Below, one piece after another: positions 1 to 9,032 of a stretch of DNA of 38,244 bases. A program made the position numbers and the translations under genes. Positions within the stretch are counted from its first letter, which is position 1. The number at the start of each line of letters is the position of its first letter. The stretch lies in the IMG/VR virus record IMGVR_UViG_3300012943_000046, positions 1 through 38,244 of that record; one strand, given 5' to 3'. The DNA comes from a virus (lineage: Duplodnaviria > Caudoviricetes). A model generated the notes under the pieces. It did no database searches. It was not told the DNA's origin and saw nothing but the letters and a program-made list of their open reading frames with translations.

Positions 1-267
1 GAAAACGCGCGGCGGGGGAATGCGAGCGGGCCGCGGGCCGTATTCATCCACAGCCTTCTGCTCGGACGCATTCCACCGGCGAGGCCCATTCCAGTAGCTG
101 TCGCTGGTGCGGCGCCGCGGCGCGCCCGGTCCCCAATTCGCTCCAGCGGCGAAGCGGATGTTTCTGGCCTCGGCGTAGCAGTGCGCGCAGCCAGGAGAAA
201 CCTTCGTGCAGCCTTCCCACGGATTGAAAGTGTGGGTGGTCCATTCGATGTGAGATTGCTCGCCCAT
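1..267 (-). CDS. Phage Gp37/Gp68 (DUF5131) family protein, N-terminal part; runs off left edge
   Basis: Not in ORF track (no stop in window). Manual translation from ATG 267: [33 protein letters not shown]...PRVF, the family signature; GGAGG RBS upstream. Confidence 0.9.
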   Translation of the reverse strand, partial: MGEQSHIEWTTHTFNPWEGCTKVSPGCAHCYAEARNIRFAAGANWGPGAPRRRTSDSYWNGPRRWNASEQKAVDEYGPRPARIPPPRVF

Positions 268-766
268 GTTTATGGCCTCCACTCCACCAGCTGCCCGCGG
301 GATGGCGTGTTAGTTTTCAGCCAGGCTATCTGTTCTCCGATTCCGAGGCCCTTACAGGGGAGAACAGTGGTAACTTCAAGCGCCAGGAGAGTAGCCGCGA
401 GAGGCGACACGTAAGCTTCGCCGGCGATGATGGCAACGCATCGCAGGTAGCGCTGCCACTCGAAGATTTGAAGGGCGACCCCTGCAGCCCATTCGCGGCG
501 CTCCCACTTAGAGCAGCCGCCGAGAGTCTTATTGTAAGGCTGAATGATGGTCGACGCTTGGAGCACGCCGAATTGCGCAGATAGGATAGCCCAGGGCAGG
601 CCGGTCGATATGGCAAAATTCCGCTTCGCTGCGAAATAGCGGGAAGTGTACACTTCCTCTGCGCGACTCGGGACAGCTCTTTTCTCGGAGCCGCAACCGA
701 TAAGGATCGCCTCACATTCGGAGGGGAGCACCGCGTTCATGGCATCCACTCCACCAGCTGCCCGCG
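268..766 (+). repeat. 32-bp imperfect direct repeat (268-299 and 735-766) flanking the DUF6884 gene
   Basis: GTTTATGGCCTCCACTCCACCAGCTGCCCGCG vs GTTCATGGCATCCACTCCACCAGCTGCCCGCG, 30/32 identical. Confidence 0.9.
270..740 (-). CDS. DUF6884-family (YaaA-like) protein
   Basis: LIGCGSEK...[10 protein letters not shown]...WAILSAQFG...YNKTL...[11 protein letters not shown]; start moved to ATG 740, which overlaps the upstream TGA. Confidence 0.7.
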   Translation of the reverse strand: MNAVLPSECEAILIGCGSEKRAVPSRAEEVYTSRYFAAKRNFAISTGLPWAILSAQFGVLQASTIIQPYNKTLGGCSKWERREWAAGVALQIFEWQRYLRCVAIIAGEAYVSPLAATLLALEVTTVLPCKGLGIGEQIAWLKTNTPSRGQLVEWRP

Positions 767-1123
767 AAATTCCCGGTCATTGGCTGGCACCTGCGCCAGG
801 AAGAACTCGAAAAAGGAATCCGTGCTGCTGAAGCCGTCGAGCACGGCCAGGGCGCGGATCTGGTCATGGCGTTCCGCATATCCGCCGGGAGGATAAAAGC
901 GGGAGCCCGCGCCAATCACCACGCGGCGATTGGTGAAGATCGAGAGCGGCACCGCCGCGGTGCACAACGTGTTCGGCCGGAGCCGGCGGCAGCGTTTCGA
1001 CATCATGCCGGTGAAGAAGCTCAGGTCATCGCCGACCTTGAAGCGTTCGCCGGCGCGGATGGAGTGCGGCTTCGTGCCGTCGACAACCTTGTCGATGAAG
1101 ACTGTGAAGTTCAGCGAGGGCAT
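737..1123 (-). CDS. ASCH/PUA-like domain protein
   Basis: MPSLNF...VVDGTKPHSIR...FKVGDDL...LAVLDGF...FFEFF, matching the ASCH GxKxxxxR motif. Confidence 0.65.
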   Translation of the reverse strand: MPSLNFTVFIDKVVDGTKPHSIRAGERFKVGDDLSFFTGMMSKRCRRLRPNTLCTAAVPLSIFTNRRVVIGAGSRFYPPGGYAERHDQIRALAVLDGFSSTDSFFEFFLAQVPANDREFRGQLVEWMP

Positions 1124-1133
1124 GGCGGTCGTC

Positions 1134-1376
1134 CTAGTTGTCGGTCCTGACATCGATCATCAGGGCTTTGGGTTCGCCGCGCTGCGCCCGGTAGTGGGCC
1201 AGCAGTTCGCGCAGCGCTGCCATGTAGGCGGTTTGATGCTTTAGCACCCGGCGGATGAGCGCGCGCATCTTCGGATCCTTTTCGTTGGCAAGGGTCCGCT
1301 GCCAGATAGCGATCGCCTGCGCGAGGTCGCGGAAGTGACTATCGTAGGCGGCGGATGTTGGAGCGACGAGAGTCAT
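1134..1376 (-). CDS. hypothetical early protein
   Basis: Helical 80-aa ORF tiling the early operon. Confidence 0.55.
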   Translation of the reverse strand: MTLVAPTSAAYDSHFRDLAQAIAIWQRTLANEKDPKMRALIRRVLKHQTAYMAALRELLAHYRAQRGEPKALMIDVRTDN

Positions 1377-1386
1377 AGCGATGGCG

Positions 1387-1761
1387 CTACTTCTTCTTCA
1401 TCGTAACCGTCAGCTCCGTGGCGGTTTTCGATGTCGTGAGGGAGAACCGCGTGCCGGGAAACTGAACGCTGCCTGCGCTGTTGCTGACTACGCAGCAGTA
1501 GATGCCAGCGGGAGAGGTGGAGCGAAGCGTCAGCGTCGGCTGGACACCCTCCGGTGCGGGGATCTTCACCTTGAGCGGCTGGGTCGCGGTGCCTCGATAC
1601 CACTGATACGTGAAGGGCGCGGTGCCATTCACGGAAGCCGAGGCGTCAAGATCGAGCGCCATGACATCGGGGTTGTACGTGGGCGGCGTGATGACGGTCG
1701 CGGCCGGCATTGTCAGGAGGACGCTGAGGAAAAGCAGCGCGGCGAATCGTTGAGAATTCAT
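1387..1761 (-). CDS. secreted single immunoglobulin-like domain protein
   Basis: Start at ATG 1761 (ATGA overlap); signal peptide MNSQRFAALLFLSVLLTMPAA; Ig motifs GTAPFTYQWY...TLTL...AGIYCCVVSNSAGSV. Confidence 0.8.
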   Translation of the reverse strand: MNSQRFAALLFLSVLLTMPAATVITPPTYNPDVMALDLDASASVNGTAPFTYQWYRGTATQPLKVKIPAPEGVQPTLTLRSTSPAGIYCCVVSNSAGSVQFPGTRFSLTTSKTATELTVTMKKK

Positions 1762-2156
1762 GGTGCCACCGCCTTCACCGCGTCGGTGCTCTCTTGTGGC
1801 GCCACGACAACGACGACCTTGTCCTTTCCCACCATGGCAATCAGCTCGGCAACGGGGTCCTGCGACTCCCACACTCCGGCCGGCAGCGGTGAAAGCTCGA
1901 AGAACTCGCCGTGCTTCTCGATCAGATCGGCGAGCCACTGCTTGAACGTCTCAGGGCTGCATCCCGACATTTCAACCGTGGCCAGCCATGGACACTGCGA
2001 CCGAACCCACGGCTGACAGACGTGGAATGCGCGAACAAGCTGGTGCGTGAACATGCTTTCGCCTGTCAGGAAGTTCGCGATTTCATAGACACCTTCCATT
2101 TGGCAGCAGAGCTTGCCGGTGCCCATACTGAGGATCTGTCCGATGGAGAATTTCAC
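1758..2156 (-). CDS. conserved phage hypothetical protein
   Basis: GTG 2156 overlaps the Gam stop; FSIGQILSMGTGKL...GVYEIANFLTGESMFTHQL. Confidence 0.65.
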   Translation of the reverse strand: MKFSIGQILSMGTGKLCCQMEGVYEIANFLTGESMFTHQLVRAFHVCQPWVRSQCPWLATVEMSGCSPETFKQWLADLIEKHGEFFELSPLPAGVWESQDPVAELIAMVGKDKVVVVVAPQESTDAVKAVAP

Positions 2157-2719
2157 GACGCCACCGCCTTTTTCGCCGTCTTCGCGGCGGCCTTCTCGGA
2201 TTTCTCGGCGGCCTTCACGGCCTTGCCCAGGCTGATGCCGGCGGCGGCCACCTTGTAGTTGTGTTCGGTGATGCGCTTCACGCCGAGCTTGCCCAGCTCC
2301 TCGTCGGCGAGGGTTTCCAGTACTTCGACGCGCAGATCCTCGCTCACGCGGATGAAGTCGGCGGCGCGGCCGGCCGCCTTGATCAGGGTCTTCGTGATTT
2401 CCGGATCCGCGATCGAGAGGCTGATCGAGGTGGTGCGCTTGACCTCGCCCACCGGGGTGCCGACCGACTTTTTGTCGGCGAACCATTGCGGGTTCCGCTC
2501 GGCGATGACCTGGATGGCGGCCTCGCACTCTCCGATCGCCTGCTGGATCTCCTTATAGGCGGGCATGTGCCCGCGCACGGAGTCCAGGTGTTGGGCGTCG
2601 AGGGTTTGCTGCAGCTTGTCGAGCTGGTTGGTCGCGGAGGTGAGTTTGTCGAGGAGCGCGACCAGGTCTGCGAAATCGGTGGGCTTGGCGGCGGGTGAAG
2701 GAGCGATGGGGGTGATCAT
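2153..2719 (-). CDS. gam: Mu Gam-like host-nuclease inhibitor (DNA end-binding)
   Basis: N-terminal coiled coil, ERNPQWFADKKSVGTPVGEV, FIRVSEDL...LGKLGVKR; lies downstream of MuB. Confidence 0.75.
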   Translation of the reverse strand: MITPIAPSPAAKPTDFADLVALLDKLTSATNQLDKLQQTLDAQHLDSVRGHMPAYKEIQQAIGECEAAIQVIAERNPQWFADKKSVGTPVGEVKRTTSISLSIADPEITKTLIKAAGRAADFIRVSEDLRVEVLETLADEELGKLGVKRITEHNYKVAAAGISLGKAVKAAEKSEKAAAKTAKKAVAS

Positions 2720-2732
2720 GATGGGTGGAGGG

Positions 2733-2939
2733 TTAAAGTTTCGTGGCGGGCGTCCTGGCGGGAGTGCGAGCAGGCGCGTTCTCCAGGCGTTCCGGTTCCA
2801 GGCACGGCCGGCGCTGGCCGCGCCAGATGAGGATCCGCTCCACGACGTAGCTGAGGCCGCAGGCGACGAGATACGCGACGAGGAGGCAGGCGAGCACCTG
2901 GAAGGCGTGCGCCCAGCGGATGTAGGGGTCAGTGGACAC
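2733..2939 (-). CDS. small single-TM protein
   Basis: Hydrophobic AFQVLACLLVAYLVACGLSYVV. Confidence 0.55.
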   Translation of the reverse strand: MSTDPYIRWAHAFQVLACLLVAYLVACGLSYVVERILIWRGQRRPCLEPERLENAPARTPARTPATKL

Positions 2940-3153
2940 GGCGGACCTTTCGCGCCGCGGGTTTCACGGCGGGCTTGTGATTGGTGAGGTCGACCGGTTC
3001 ACCCTCTAGGCTCCACTGGTTGTGAGGTACCCAGTAGCTGAATGAACTGTCGCAGGCCCGGCATTCGAGCGTGAGTTCGATTGCATCGCGCCCGACCAGG
3101 TAAATGCGGAGATCGCGCCCCTCGATCGGCCCGCGGCATTCTGAGCAGATCAT
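2929..3153 (-). CDS. small zinc-ribbon protein
   Basis: Start at ATG 3153 (ATGA overlap); CSEC...CRAC. Confidence 0.6.
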   Translation of the reverse strand: MICSECRGPIEGRDLRIYLVGRDAIELTLECRACDSSFSYWVPHNQWSLEGEPVDLTNHKPAVKPAARKVRRVH

Positions 3154-3419
3154 GACGCGCCTCCCTTGGATTTGCGCCCGGCATCCACAAGCGACTGCGC
3201 TTCGCGGAAGAGTTCCGATAGCGGCGCATCCAAGGGCTCCGCCAGTTTGATGAGGGTGTTGAGCCGCGCGTCGGCTTTGCCGTTCTCGACCCTCGAGATG
3301 ACGCTGCGGCGCACGCCGCTGACCCTCTCCAGGTCCCGAATGGACCATGCGCGCTCTTTGCGCCACTGGCGCACGACGCCGCCGATTGCCTTGGCGAGCT
3401 GGGATGGAGTGGTGCTCAT
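3150..3419 (-). CDS. XRE-family HTH transcriptional regulator
   Basis: VRQWRKERAWSIRDLERVSGVRRSVISRVENG...TLIKLAEPL. Confidence 0.9.
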   Translation of the reverse strand: MSTTPSQLAKAIGGVVRQWRKERAWSIRDLERVSGVRRSVISRVENGKADARLNTLIKLAEPLDAPLSELFREAQSLVDAGRKSKGGAS

Positions 3420-3706
3420 GACGCACCTCCCTGTGCTTCCGCAGCGATGAACCAGGCCCGCTGGCGCTCGGTCATATGGTCCAGAGGCCGCCCATCGAGG
3501 GCGTCTTCTAGTTCCTGGTCGGAGCCCTCATAGACAAAGATAAAGAGGGCTGTGAGCTGAGCATCGAGCCACCAGCCGAGTTCCATCAGCCACCGCGTAT
3601 CGGAGTCGCACCCCGGACCGGTGATCCAGTCGGAGTTGAGATTCAGCAGGCCGGCGACCCTATCTATCGCCCAAGAACGGAAGCGCTCTAAAAGTGAGTT
3701 CTTCAC
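3416..3706 (-). CDS. hypothetical early protein
   Basis: Translationally coupled ORF ending GGAS with RBS for the next gene. Confidence 0.6.
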   Translation of the reverse strand: MKNSLLERFRSWAIDRVAGLLNLNSDWITGPGCDSDTRWLMELGWWLDAQLTALFIFVYEGSDQELEDALDGRPLDHMTERQRAWFIAAEAQGGAS

Positions 3707-3709
3707 GGC

Positions 3710-4777
3710 TCAGTCCTCCTGCTTCGGGGTGTTCTCCAGCCCCTTGAGGTACGAGTGCGCCTTGCTCACGTGCTCCCAGGTCATTTCCTCGCCGGAGTTG
3801 GTCGCCAAGCGGCTGGCGGCCGTGAGGGTCGTGAGCCACACGCCGAGGCCGTGCTTGATGATCGTCTCCTTCTGCGTCAGGTACGCGGAACCGGTCGCCT
3901 GGGGGAGCTTGTAGTACGCGGCGAAGGCGTTCAGGTCGGCGCGACTCGGCCGATCCGGCAGCTGGCGCCGGAAGAGCACGCGACGGTGCATCTGCCGCAG
4001 GAACGGCTCCATCCGGACGTTGGCCATCTGGTCGCGGAAGATGTTCGTGCCGCAGAGCAGGACGCCGCACTGCGCCTCGTCGTAGATGGAGCGGATGAAG
4101 TCGAGCGTCTTGCTGGTCTGCTTGCCGCCCACGGCCGCGCGCGAGGTCTCGTCCACGATCAGGAGCATGTCGTCGCGGAAGTGGCGGCGGATCATCGCGG
4201 GCAGTTCCCCGCTGCGCTGGTTGGGGCTGATCTTGCACTTCCCCGCCAGCTCGGTCGTGAAGCCGGTGAGCGTGCCGCCGACCGGCATCTCGACGTAGAT
4301 GGTGCGGCCGTGGTTGTACTCGTCCATTTCCGCGTAGTGCTTCAGGCACTTGGTTTTCCCGACCTGCGACTCGCCATAAACGAAGCCCATCTTCTGGTAG
4401 GTGCGGAGCGCGTTGCAGCTCTCCTCGAGAATGTCGAACAAGCCGGTCCGGATGAAGGGCGCCTTGTTGATCGAGGCGCGATTATTGAGGAGCGCGCGAA
4501 ATTTCCCAATGGCGCTGGTGACCTCCTCCAGGTTGCCCTCATAGATCCCGCGGAAGACCTTCGACAGCGTCCCGCCGTTGTAGCCGATCTTCTGGCCGAC
4601 GGCGTCCAGGCCGGCGTTGCTGTCCCAATAGTAGGAGTGCAGCCAGACGATGGCGCTGCGCTGATCAGGAGGCAGGCCGGCGGTGGCGTCGGCGACCTTC
4701 GTGCCGTTGATGCGGTTTTGCTGACGCTCGGACTGGCCGGGCGTGTTCGCGGATTCTTCGTTGTTCGATGTGCTCAT
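3710..4777 (-). CDS. MuB-like transposition AAA+ ATPase
   Basis: N-terminal HTH, Walker A GESQVGKT, Walker B LLIVDE, GVLLCGT; adjacent to transposase. Confidence 0.9.
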   Translation of the reverse strand: MSTSNNEESANTPGQSERQQNRINGTKVADATAGLPPDQRSAIVWLHSYYWDSNAGLDAVGQKIGYNGGTLSKVFRGIYEGNLEEVTSAIGKFRALLNNRASINKAPFIRTGLFDILEESCNALRTYQKMGFVYGESQVGKTKCLKHYAEMDEYNHGRTIYVEMPVGGTLTGFTTELAGKCKISPNQRSGELPAMIRRHFRDDMLLIVDETSRAAVGGKQTSKTLDFIRSIYDEAQCGVLLCGTNIFRDQMANVRMEPFLRQMHRRVLFRRQLPDRPSRADLNAFAAYYKLPQATGSAYLTQKETIIKHGLGVWLTTLTAASRLATNSGEEMTWEHVSKAHSYLKGLENTPKQED

Positions 4778-4821
4778 GGGTATTTGGTTTTTCGGTCTTG
4801 GGTGGCAGGGGTGGGTACGAA

Positions 4822-7122
4822 TTACATGAAATCCTTCATCGAGATGTCGCCGGGGTCGGCGGGTGGCAGGGGCGCTGCAGGCGCGTTGCTGAGAGCCTGC
4901 AACTCCTCGGCTGTCAGGGCCTCGCCCTGGCGTTTCACCTCGGCGTGGCGTGCCTGGACGGCCTGCTGCTGGGCGACCTCGGCGGCGATGCCGTGGGCGA
5001 GCTCGCCTTGGTAGGCCTTGAACGCATCGCGCGCGGGCGCCTGGAGACGGCGGGAGAGGGCCGGCTGCACCGGCTTGGCGCCGGCGCCGGCCGTGGCCTG
5101 CATGGGTTTCGTCGCGGGGCCTGCAGGCGAAGCGGTAGGATCCGCGATCCCGTGGGCCTGCAGGAGCGCGGTGTTGTGTTCCCGATCGGCGAGCAGCTGC
5201 GCGTCCTCCGCGCTGGCGAGTGCGCGCACGGGTTTGACCACGCAGGAGCGCACGAGGCGGGCAATCTCACCGGCTTCCTCTCCGATCGCCGCATAGTCGC
5301 GGATGTCGACCGGTCCGCGGCGGCGCACGCTGCCGACGTAGCGGCCTTCGAGGTCGGTGACGTGGAGGGTGCCGGGGCGGGACGGCTCGAAGAAGCCGAG
5401 CAGCTCGGAACCTTCGGGCAACTTCATCACCGGGGAGTCGGCGTCGGAGTAGGTGTAGCCGACGCGCGCGTGCGTGAAGGTGAGCTTGAGCCCGCTCAGC
5501 GTCACGCGCATCGGCGTGAGGAGCATGCACGCGAGGACGTAGTCGGCGACCTTCACGCGGCGCACGTCCTTAATCAGGCGATCCCAGCGCTCGAGCGGGC
5601 ATTCGCGATACGGCACCGGCTCGCACTTCAAGACTTCTTCGGGCGGCAAAAGACCGAGCGACCGCTCGTCGACCAAGGCGCTGCCGTCGGGCAGGCGGTA
5701 CTGGAAGCGCTCCTCGAAGCCGATCATCGTGTGATCCGTCCGGCGCTCGATGCGCTCGAAGATCGCGTTGAGGCCATCCAGCGCCTGGTCGATCGTCAGG
5801 AACGGCACGCGCAGATCGGTGGCCACGTCGGTGGGCAGGCCGTCCAGGGAGAAGAGCTTTTCCGCGTAGGCGACCTTGGCTTCATGGTCGGCAGGCTTCT
5901 TCTCCCACGTGCTGCCCTTCTGCCCGGCCATCGCGCCGGCGCGGTTCCAGAGCAGATTGAACAGCGACTCGATCCAGCCCTTTTCCCAGGGCTTGCCGCC
6001 GCCTTGCACGAAGCCGTTGCGCAGCGTCTTCTCGCTGATCAATCCGGTGCGGGCCACCTGCACACCGAGCAGCAGCTCGAGGGCGCGCTCGAAGGAGTCG
6101 GTGATGGCGGCGCCGCCGCGTTCGCAAAGGATCGTCGTGCCATAGTCGGCCGGCCGCCCGTGCGTGGAGAAGACGACGTGCAGCAGGCTCTGCACGTCAT
6201 GCCGGCAGATCGAGACACGGGTTTTCTTTTCCTCGGTGGTCTCGCCCTCGCCTTCGACCAGATCGGCGTGAGCGGCCGTCTGCTGGTCAGCCAGGGCGCG
6301 CTCGCGACGGGAGAGCTTGAAGCGCGGGATCAAGGCCACCGCCAGCTTGCGGCGCGTGGCGACATCGATGGCGAGCAGGCCGGCGCAGCGGCAGATCTCC
6401 CAGCGCTTGCGCACGGGGTTGAAGGCGCGGATGAGGAAATCGAGTTCGAAGTCATCGATCGTGATCAGCTCCTGCGGCCGCAGCTGTGACGTGTCGCGGA
6501 TCACGTGCGGGATGTACCGCTTCATGGCGGCAAAGCCCTGGCGCGCTAGCTTCTGCTGGGCGCGGATCGGCTGCTTTGTGTAGAGGTTGCTCTGGCTCCA
6601 TCCCTGGGGATATACGCCGGGGAAACGCTCCGGCATGTCGCGCTCCGGGTGGCGCACGGCGTACCAGGCGCGCCAGGTGCCGTAGCCGTCGACCTCCTTG
6701 CCGTCGGCCCAATCATCGCGCAGCGATTGCAGGGCAGCGCGGGCGCCGCGCTTGTTGGCGAGGATGCGGCGCCGCACTTCCTGGACAAACTCGTCGGGCA
6801 GCTTCGCCGGGCCCTTGTAGATTTTCGCCAGGGCGGTCCAGCCGCGGGCCTTGAAGGCGTAGAACAGGCGGACGAGGTTGGAGCCGGAGTGACCATTGAG
6901 CGCGGCGATCCGGTTCGCGGCCTTCACTATTCCTTCGGGCACGGTCGCCATCTCGCCGAACCAGAGCAGGAGCTGGCTCACGCGCATGCGCTGCTCGAAG
7001 GTAAGCCGGCTCCAGCGCTCATGATCATCGAAGGGGACGGCCGCCGCCACGTGAGGCGGCATGAGCATCATGGACGTGGAGTCGTCGGCCGAGAGCGTAG
7101 CGATAGCGTTTTCCGTGGTCAT
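4822..7122 (-). CDS. MuA-like DDE transposase
   Basis: ITIDDFELDF...LLAIDVATR...ILCERGGAA...GKPWEKGWIESLFN; upstream of MuB-like gene. Confidence 0.88.
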   Translation of the reverse strand: MTTENAIATLSADDSTSMMLMPPHVAAAVPFDDHERWSRLTFEQRMRVSQLLLWFGEMATVPEGIVKAANRIAALNGHSGSNLVRLFYAFKARGWTALAKIYKGPAKLPDEFVQEVRRRILANKRGARAALQSLRDDWADGKEVDGYGTWRAWYAVRHPERDMPERFPGVYPQGWSQSNLYTKQPIRAQQKLARQGFAAMKRYIPHVIRDTSQLRPQELITIDDFELDFLIRAFNPVRKRWEICRCAGLLAIDVATRRKLAVALIPRFKLSRRERALADQQTAAHADLVEGEGETTEEKKTRVSICRHDVQSLLHVVFSTHGRPADYGTTILCERGGAAITDSFERALELLLGVQVARTGLISEKTLRNGFVQGGGKPWEKGWIESLFNLLWNRAGAMAGQKGSTWEKKPADHEAKVAYAEKLFSLDGLPTDVATDLRVPFLTIDQALDGLNAIFERIERRTDHTMIGFEERFQYRLPDGSALVDERSLGLLPPEEVLKCEPVPYRECPLERWDRLIKDVRRVKVADYVLACMLLTPMRVTLSGLKLTFTHARVGYTYSDADSPVMKLPEGSELLGFFEPSRPGTLHVTDLEGRYVGSVRRRGPVDIRDYAAIGEEAGEIARLVRSCVVKPVRALASAEDAQLLADREHNTALLQAHGIADPTASPAGPATKPMQATAGAGAKPVQPALSRRLQAPARDAFKAYQGELAHGIAAEVAQQQAVQARHAEVKRQGEALTAEELQALSNAPAAPLPPADPGDISMKDFM

Positions 7123-7134
7123 GGGCGGTGGCGG

Positions 7135-7806
7135 TTACTGGACGCGCAGGGCGGCCATCATTTTGCGGAGTTCGGAAAGGAAACTGGCGGTCTCCATCTC
7201 GACGGTCTTGAGGTGCTTCGCCGGGAAGGTCTTCACCTTCTCCGGATCGAGGTAGGTCTGGCGCAGGTTCAGGAGCCACTCCGCGGCGGTCGCGGCATCG
7301 TTGTCATCGCCAACGGCACCACTCGCTGCGCCGCTGCTGCCACGACCGCTGCCGTCCTTGATCCCGTGCTCCTGCAGCAGCTCGTTCAGGGAGTGGTCGC
7401 CGACGAAATCCACCGCCTTGCGAAAAAGCTTCTTCGCCGGACCGTCGCCTACCTCCGACAGGCTGAAGGACTCCCCTGGCAACGCCAGCAGATCGGGCTT
7501 GGTGACTCCGGCTTGCTCGAGGAAGACCAATCCCAGGCGCATGTAGTAGTTCACCTGAGACTTCTTTTTCTCGAGACTGGCCTTCTGCCATTTTCCCCAT
7601 TCCCCATGTCTGAGGCTGGCCTTGATGCGATGGAGCGTAAGGCCGACCACGATCGCGTGGAGGGCGGCGTCCCGCTCCATGCGGGCCACGGCTTGGAGCT
7701 GATCTTCGACCAAGCGCTGGAGCTTTGGCAAAAATTCCACCGCGGTGGAAAATTGGGGATCGCTCACGAGCGTGAGCGCGTTGGTAGCTTTGAAATTTCC
7801 TTTCAT
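7135..7806 (-). CDS. DUF3102-like protein
   Basis: VGLTLHRIKASLRHGEWGKW...VNYYMRL, typical upstream of Mu-like transposases. Confidence 0.7.
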   Translation of the reverse strand: MKGNFKATNALTLVSDPQFSTAVEFLPKLQRLVEDQLQAVARMERDAALHAIVVGLTLHRIKASLRHGEWGKWQKASLEKKKSQVNYYMRLGLVFLEQAGVTKPDLLALPGESFSLSEVGDGPAKKLFRKAVDFVGDHSLNELLQEHGIKDGSGRGSSGAASGAVGDDNDAATAAEWLLNLRQTYLDPEKVKTFPAKHLKTVEMETASFLSELRKMMAALRVQ

Positions 7807-8051
7807 GAAATGGGATCCGGCTGCGCCGACGACGGGACCAAAGACCCTGCCAAGGGTTCTTCCGTGGTTTGTGGCGCAGCCGAAAGGGTGAGGTCCGCGA
7901 GCTGGCGGCGGTACGCCAGGAGGCGGCCGCCGGCCGGGCGGAGGTGCGGGGCGGTGCCGTCGAGACTGCTCTCGATCGCGGCGTCGCGCTCGCGCGTGCG
8001 CTGCTCTTCGTTGCGGATCAGTCCGCGGAGTTGTGCGGCGCGGGTGCTCAT
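7803..8051 (-). CDS. hypothetical early protein
   Basis: ATGA overlaps with neighbours on both sides. Confidence 0.55.
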   Translation of the reverse strand: MSTRAAQLRGLIRNEEQRTRERDAAIESSLDGTAPHLRPAGGRLLAYRRQLADLTLSAAPQTTEEPLAGSLVPSSAQPDPIS

Positions 8052-8515
8052 GGGTTGGCGCTGATATAAGCGGCGATCCGCTGCTCGATGTAGTCCGGCA
8101 CGGACACGCCGGCTCGTTTGTATTCTTCGACGTTCGCGAGGTCGGCCGCGTGGAGCTGGGCCCGCCGAAACGGGATCCGCTGCGCGCGGAGCCCGTCCAC
8201 GCGGCTGTTGTTCAGCGTGAGGTGATCGCCCTCGAGCACCGCGGCGAAGTCGTCGAAGCGGTCGGTCCCGATCACGCAGCGGTGCGCCTCTTCCTTCGAG
8301 AGCCGCACGAAGGCGAGCAGCCGTCCGTCGCGGTCATACACGATCACGGCGATGATCCTCGCGAGCCGGATGGCGGTGCGGAGGGTGTCCAGATCGGTGA
8401 TCTCGCGCGGGAGAGTCGTGCTGGCGCGGGGCCGGCGGGCAAAGGGATTGCTCCGGATATACGTCTCAGCGATTCCCTGATTGTCGCAGGGCTGCGAAAG
8501 CGTTTCTGCGCTCAT
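8048..8515 (-). CDS. hypothetical early protein
   Basis: Translationally coupled 155-aa ORF. Confidence 0.6.
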   Translation of the reverse strand: MSAETLSQPCDNQGIAETYIRSNPFARRPRASTTLPREITDLDTLRTAIRLARIIAVIVYDRDGRLLAFVRLSKEEAHRCVIGTDRFDDFAAVLEGDHLTLNNSRVDGLRAQRIPFRRAQLHAADLANVEEYKRAGVSVPDYIEQRIAAYISANP

Positions 8516-8829
8516 GCAAGGCTCTCCTTGAGTTCGCGGATCAGCTCCTGGCGCTGCTCGCGGGTGAGCGTGCGGAAAAAGTCGGTGCGGAATTCCGAGG
8601 TCATGCGCTTCACGACGAAGGCGCGGTAGGCTTCCACCGGGATCCGGCAGTTGCGGCGGGATACGCCCTTGCTCTTACCGTCGACGGCGACGAGTTCGCC
8701 CTGCTCCACCAGGTTGAGAATGTGGTTGGCGGTGTACCGCAGCTTCGTCGCGATCTGGTCGACCGTGAGCGTCGTGAAGCCCTCGAAGTCGAGTGACGCA
8801 AATGGGAATGCCAGCTGGGTCGCGCTCAT
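8512..8829 (-). CDS. excisionase-like HTH DNA-binding protein
   Basis: Start at ATG 8829; LTVDQIATKLRYTANHILNLVEQGELVA...RIPVEAY. Confidence 0.8.
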   Translation of the reverse strand: MSATQLAFPFASLDFEGFTTLTVDQIATKLRYTANHILNLVEQGELVAVDGKSKGVSRRNCRIPVEAYRAFVVKRMTSEFRTDFFRTLTREQRQELIRELKESLA

Positions 8830-9032
8830 GATTTCTCCGGGAGGCGATAGCCGTGCTTGAGCAAGGTCTCGCTGCTGACGGTGCTGTCGGTTGGGTGGCC
8901 GGGCAGATCGGCCGTGAGATTCCAGAGATCGAAGTCGGGCACCATGCCATAGCCCTGCTGCGTCCCAATGAAACGCGCCGGTGCGACGGGACGATCGGCG
9001 AGAGCGCAAGGAGCTGCGGGGGCGGCCGTCAT
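8826..9032 (-). CDS. hypothetical early protein
   Basis: Coupled ORF, FIGTQ...DLWNLTADLPGHP...STVS. Confidence 0.6.
   Translation of the reverse strand: MTAAPAAPCALADRPVAPARFIGTQQGYGMVPDFDLWNLTADLPGHPTDSTVSSETLLKHGYRLPEKS

Noticed and set aside
4800-4872. 12-bp direct repeat GGGTGGCAGGGG around the transposase stop
   Set aside because: Short, G-rich and low-complexity; plausible by chance
3755-8064. Long + strand ORFs (3755-5014, 4768-6489, 6649-8064) opposite MuA/MuB
   Set aside because: Antisense shadows of high-GC coding sequence; no motifs
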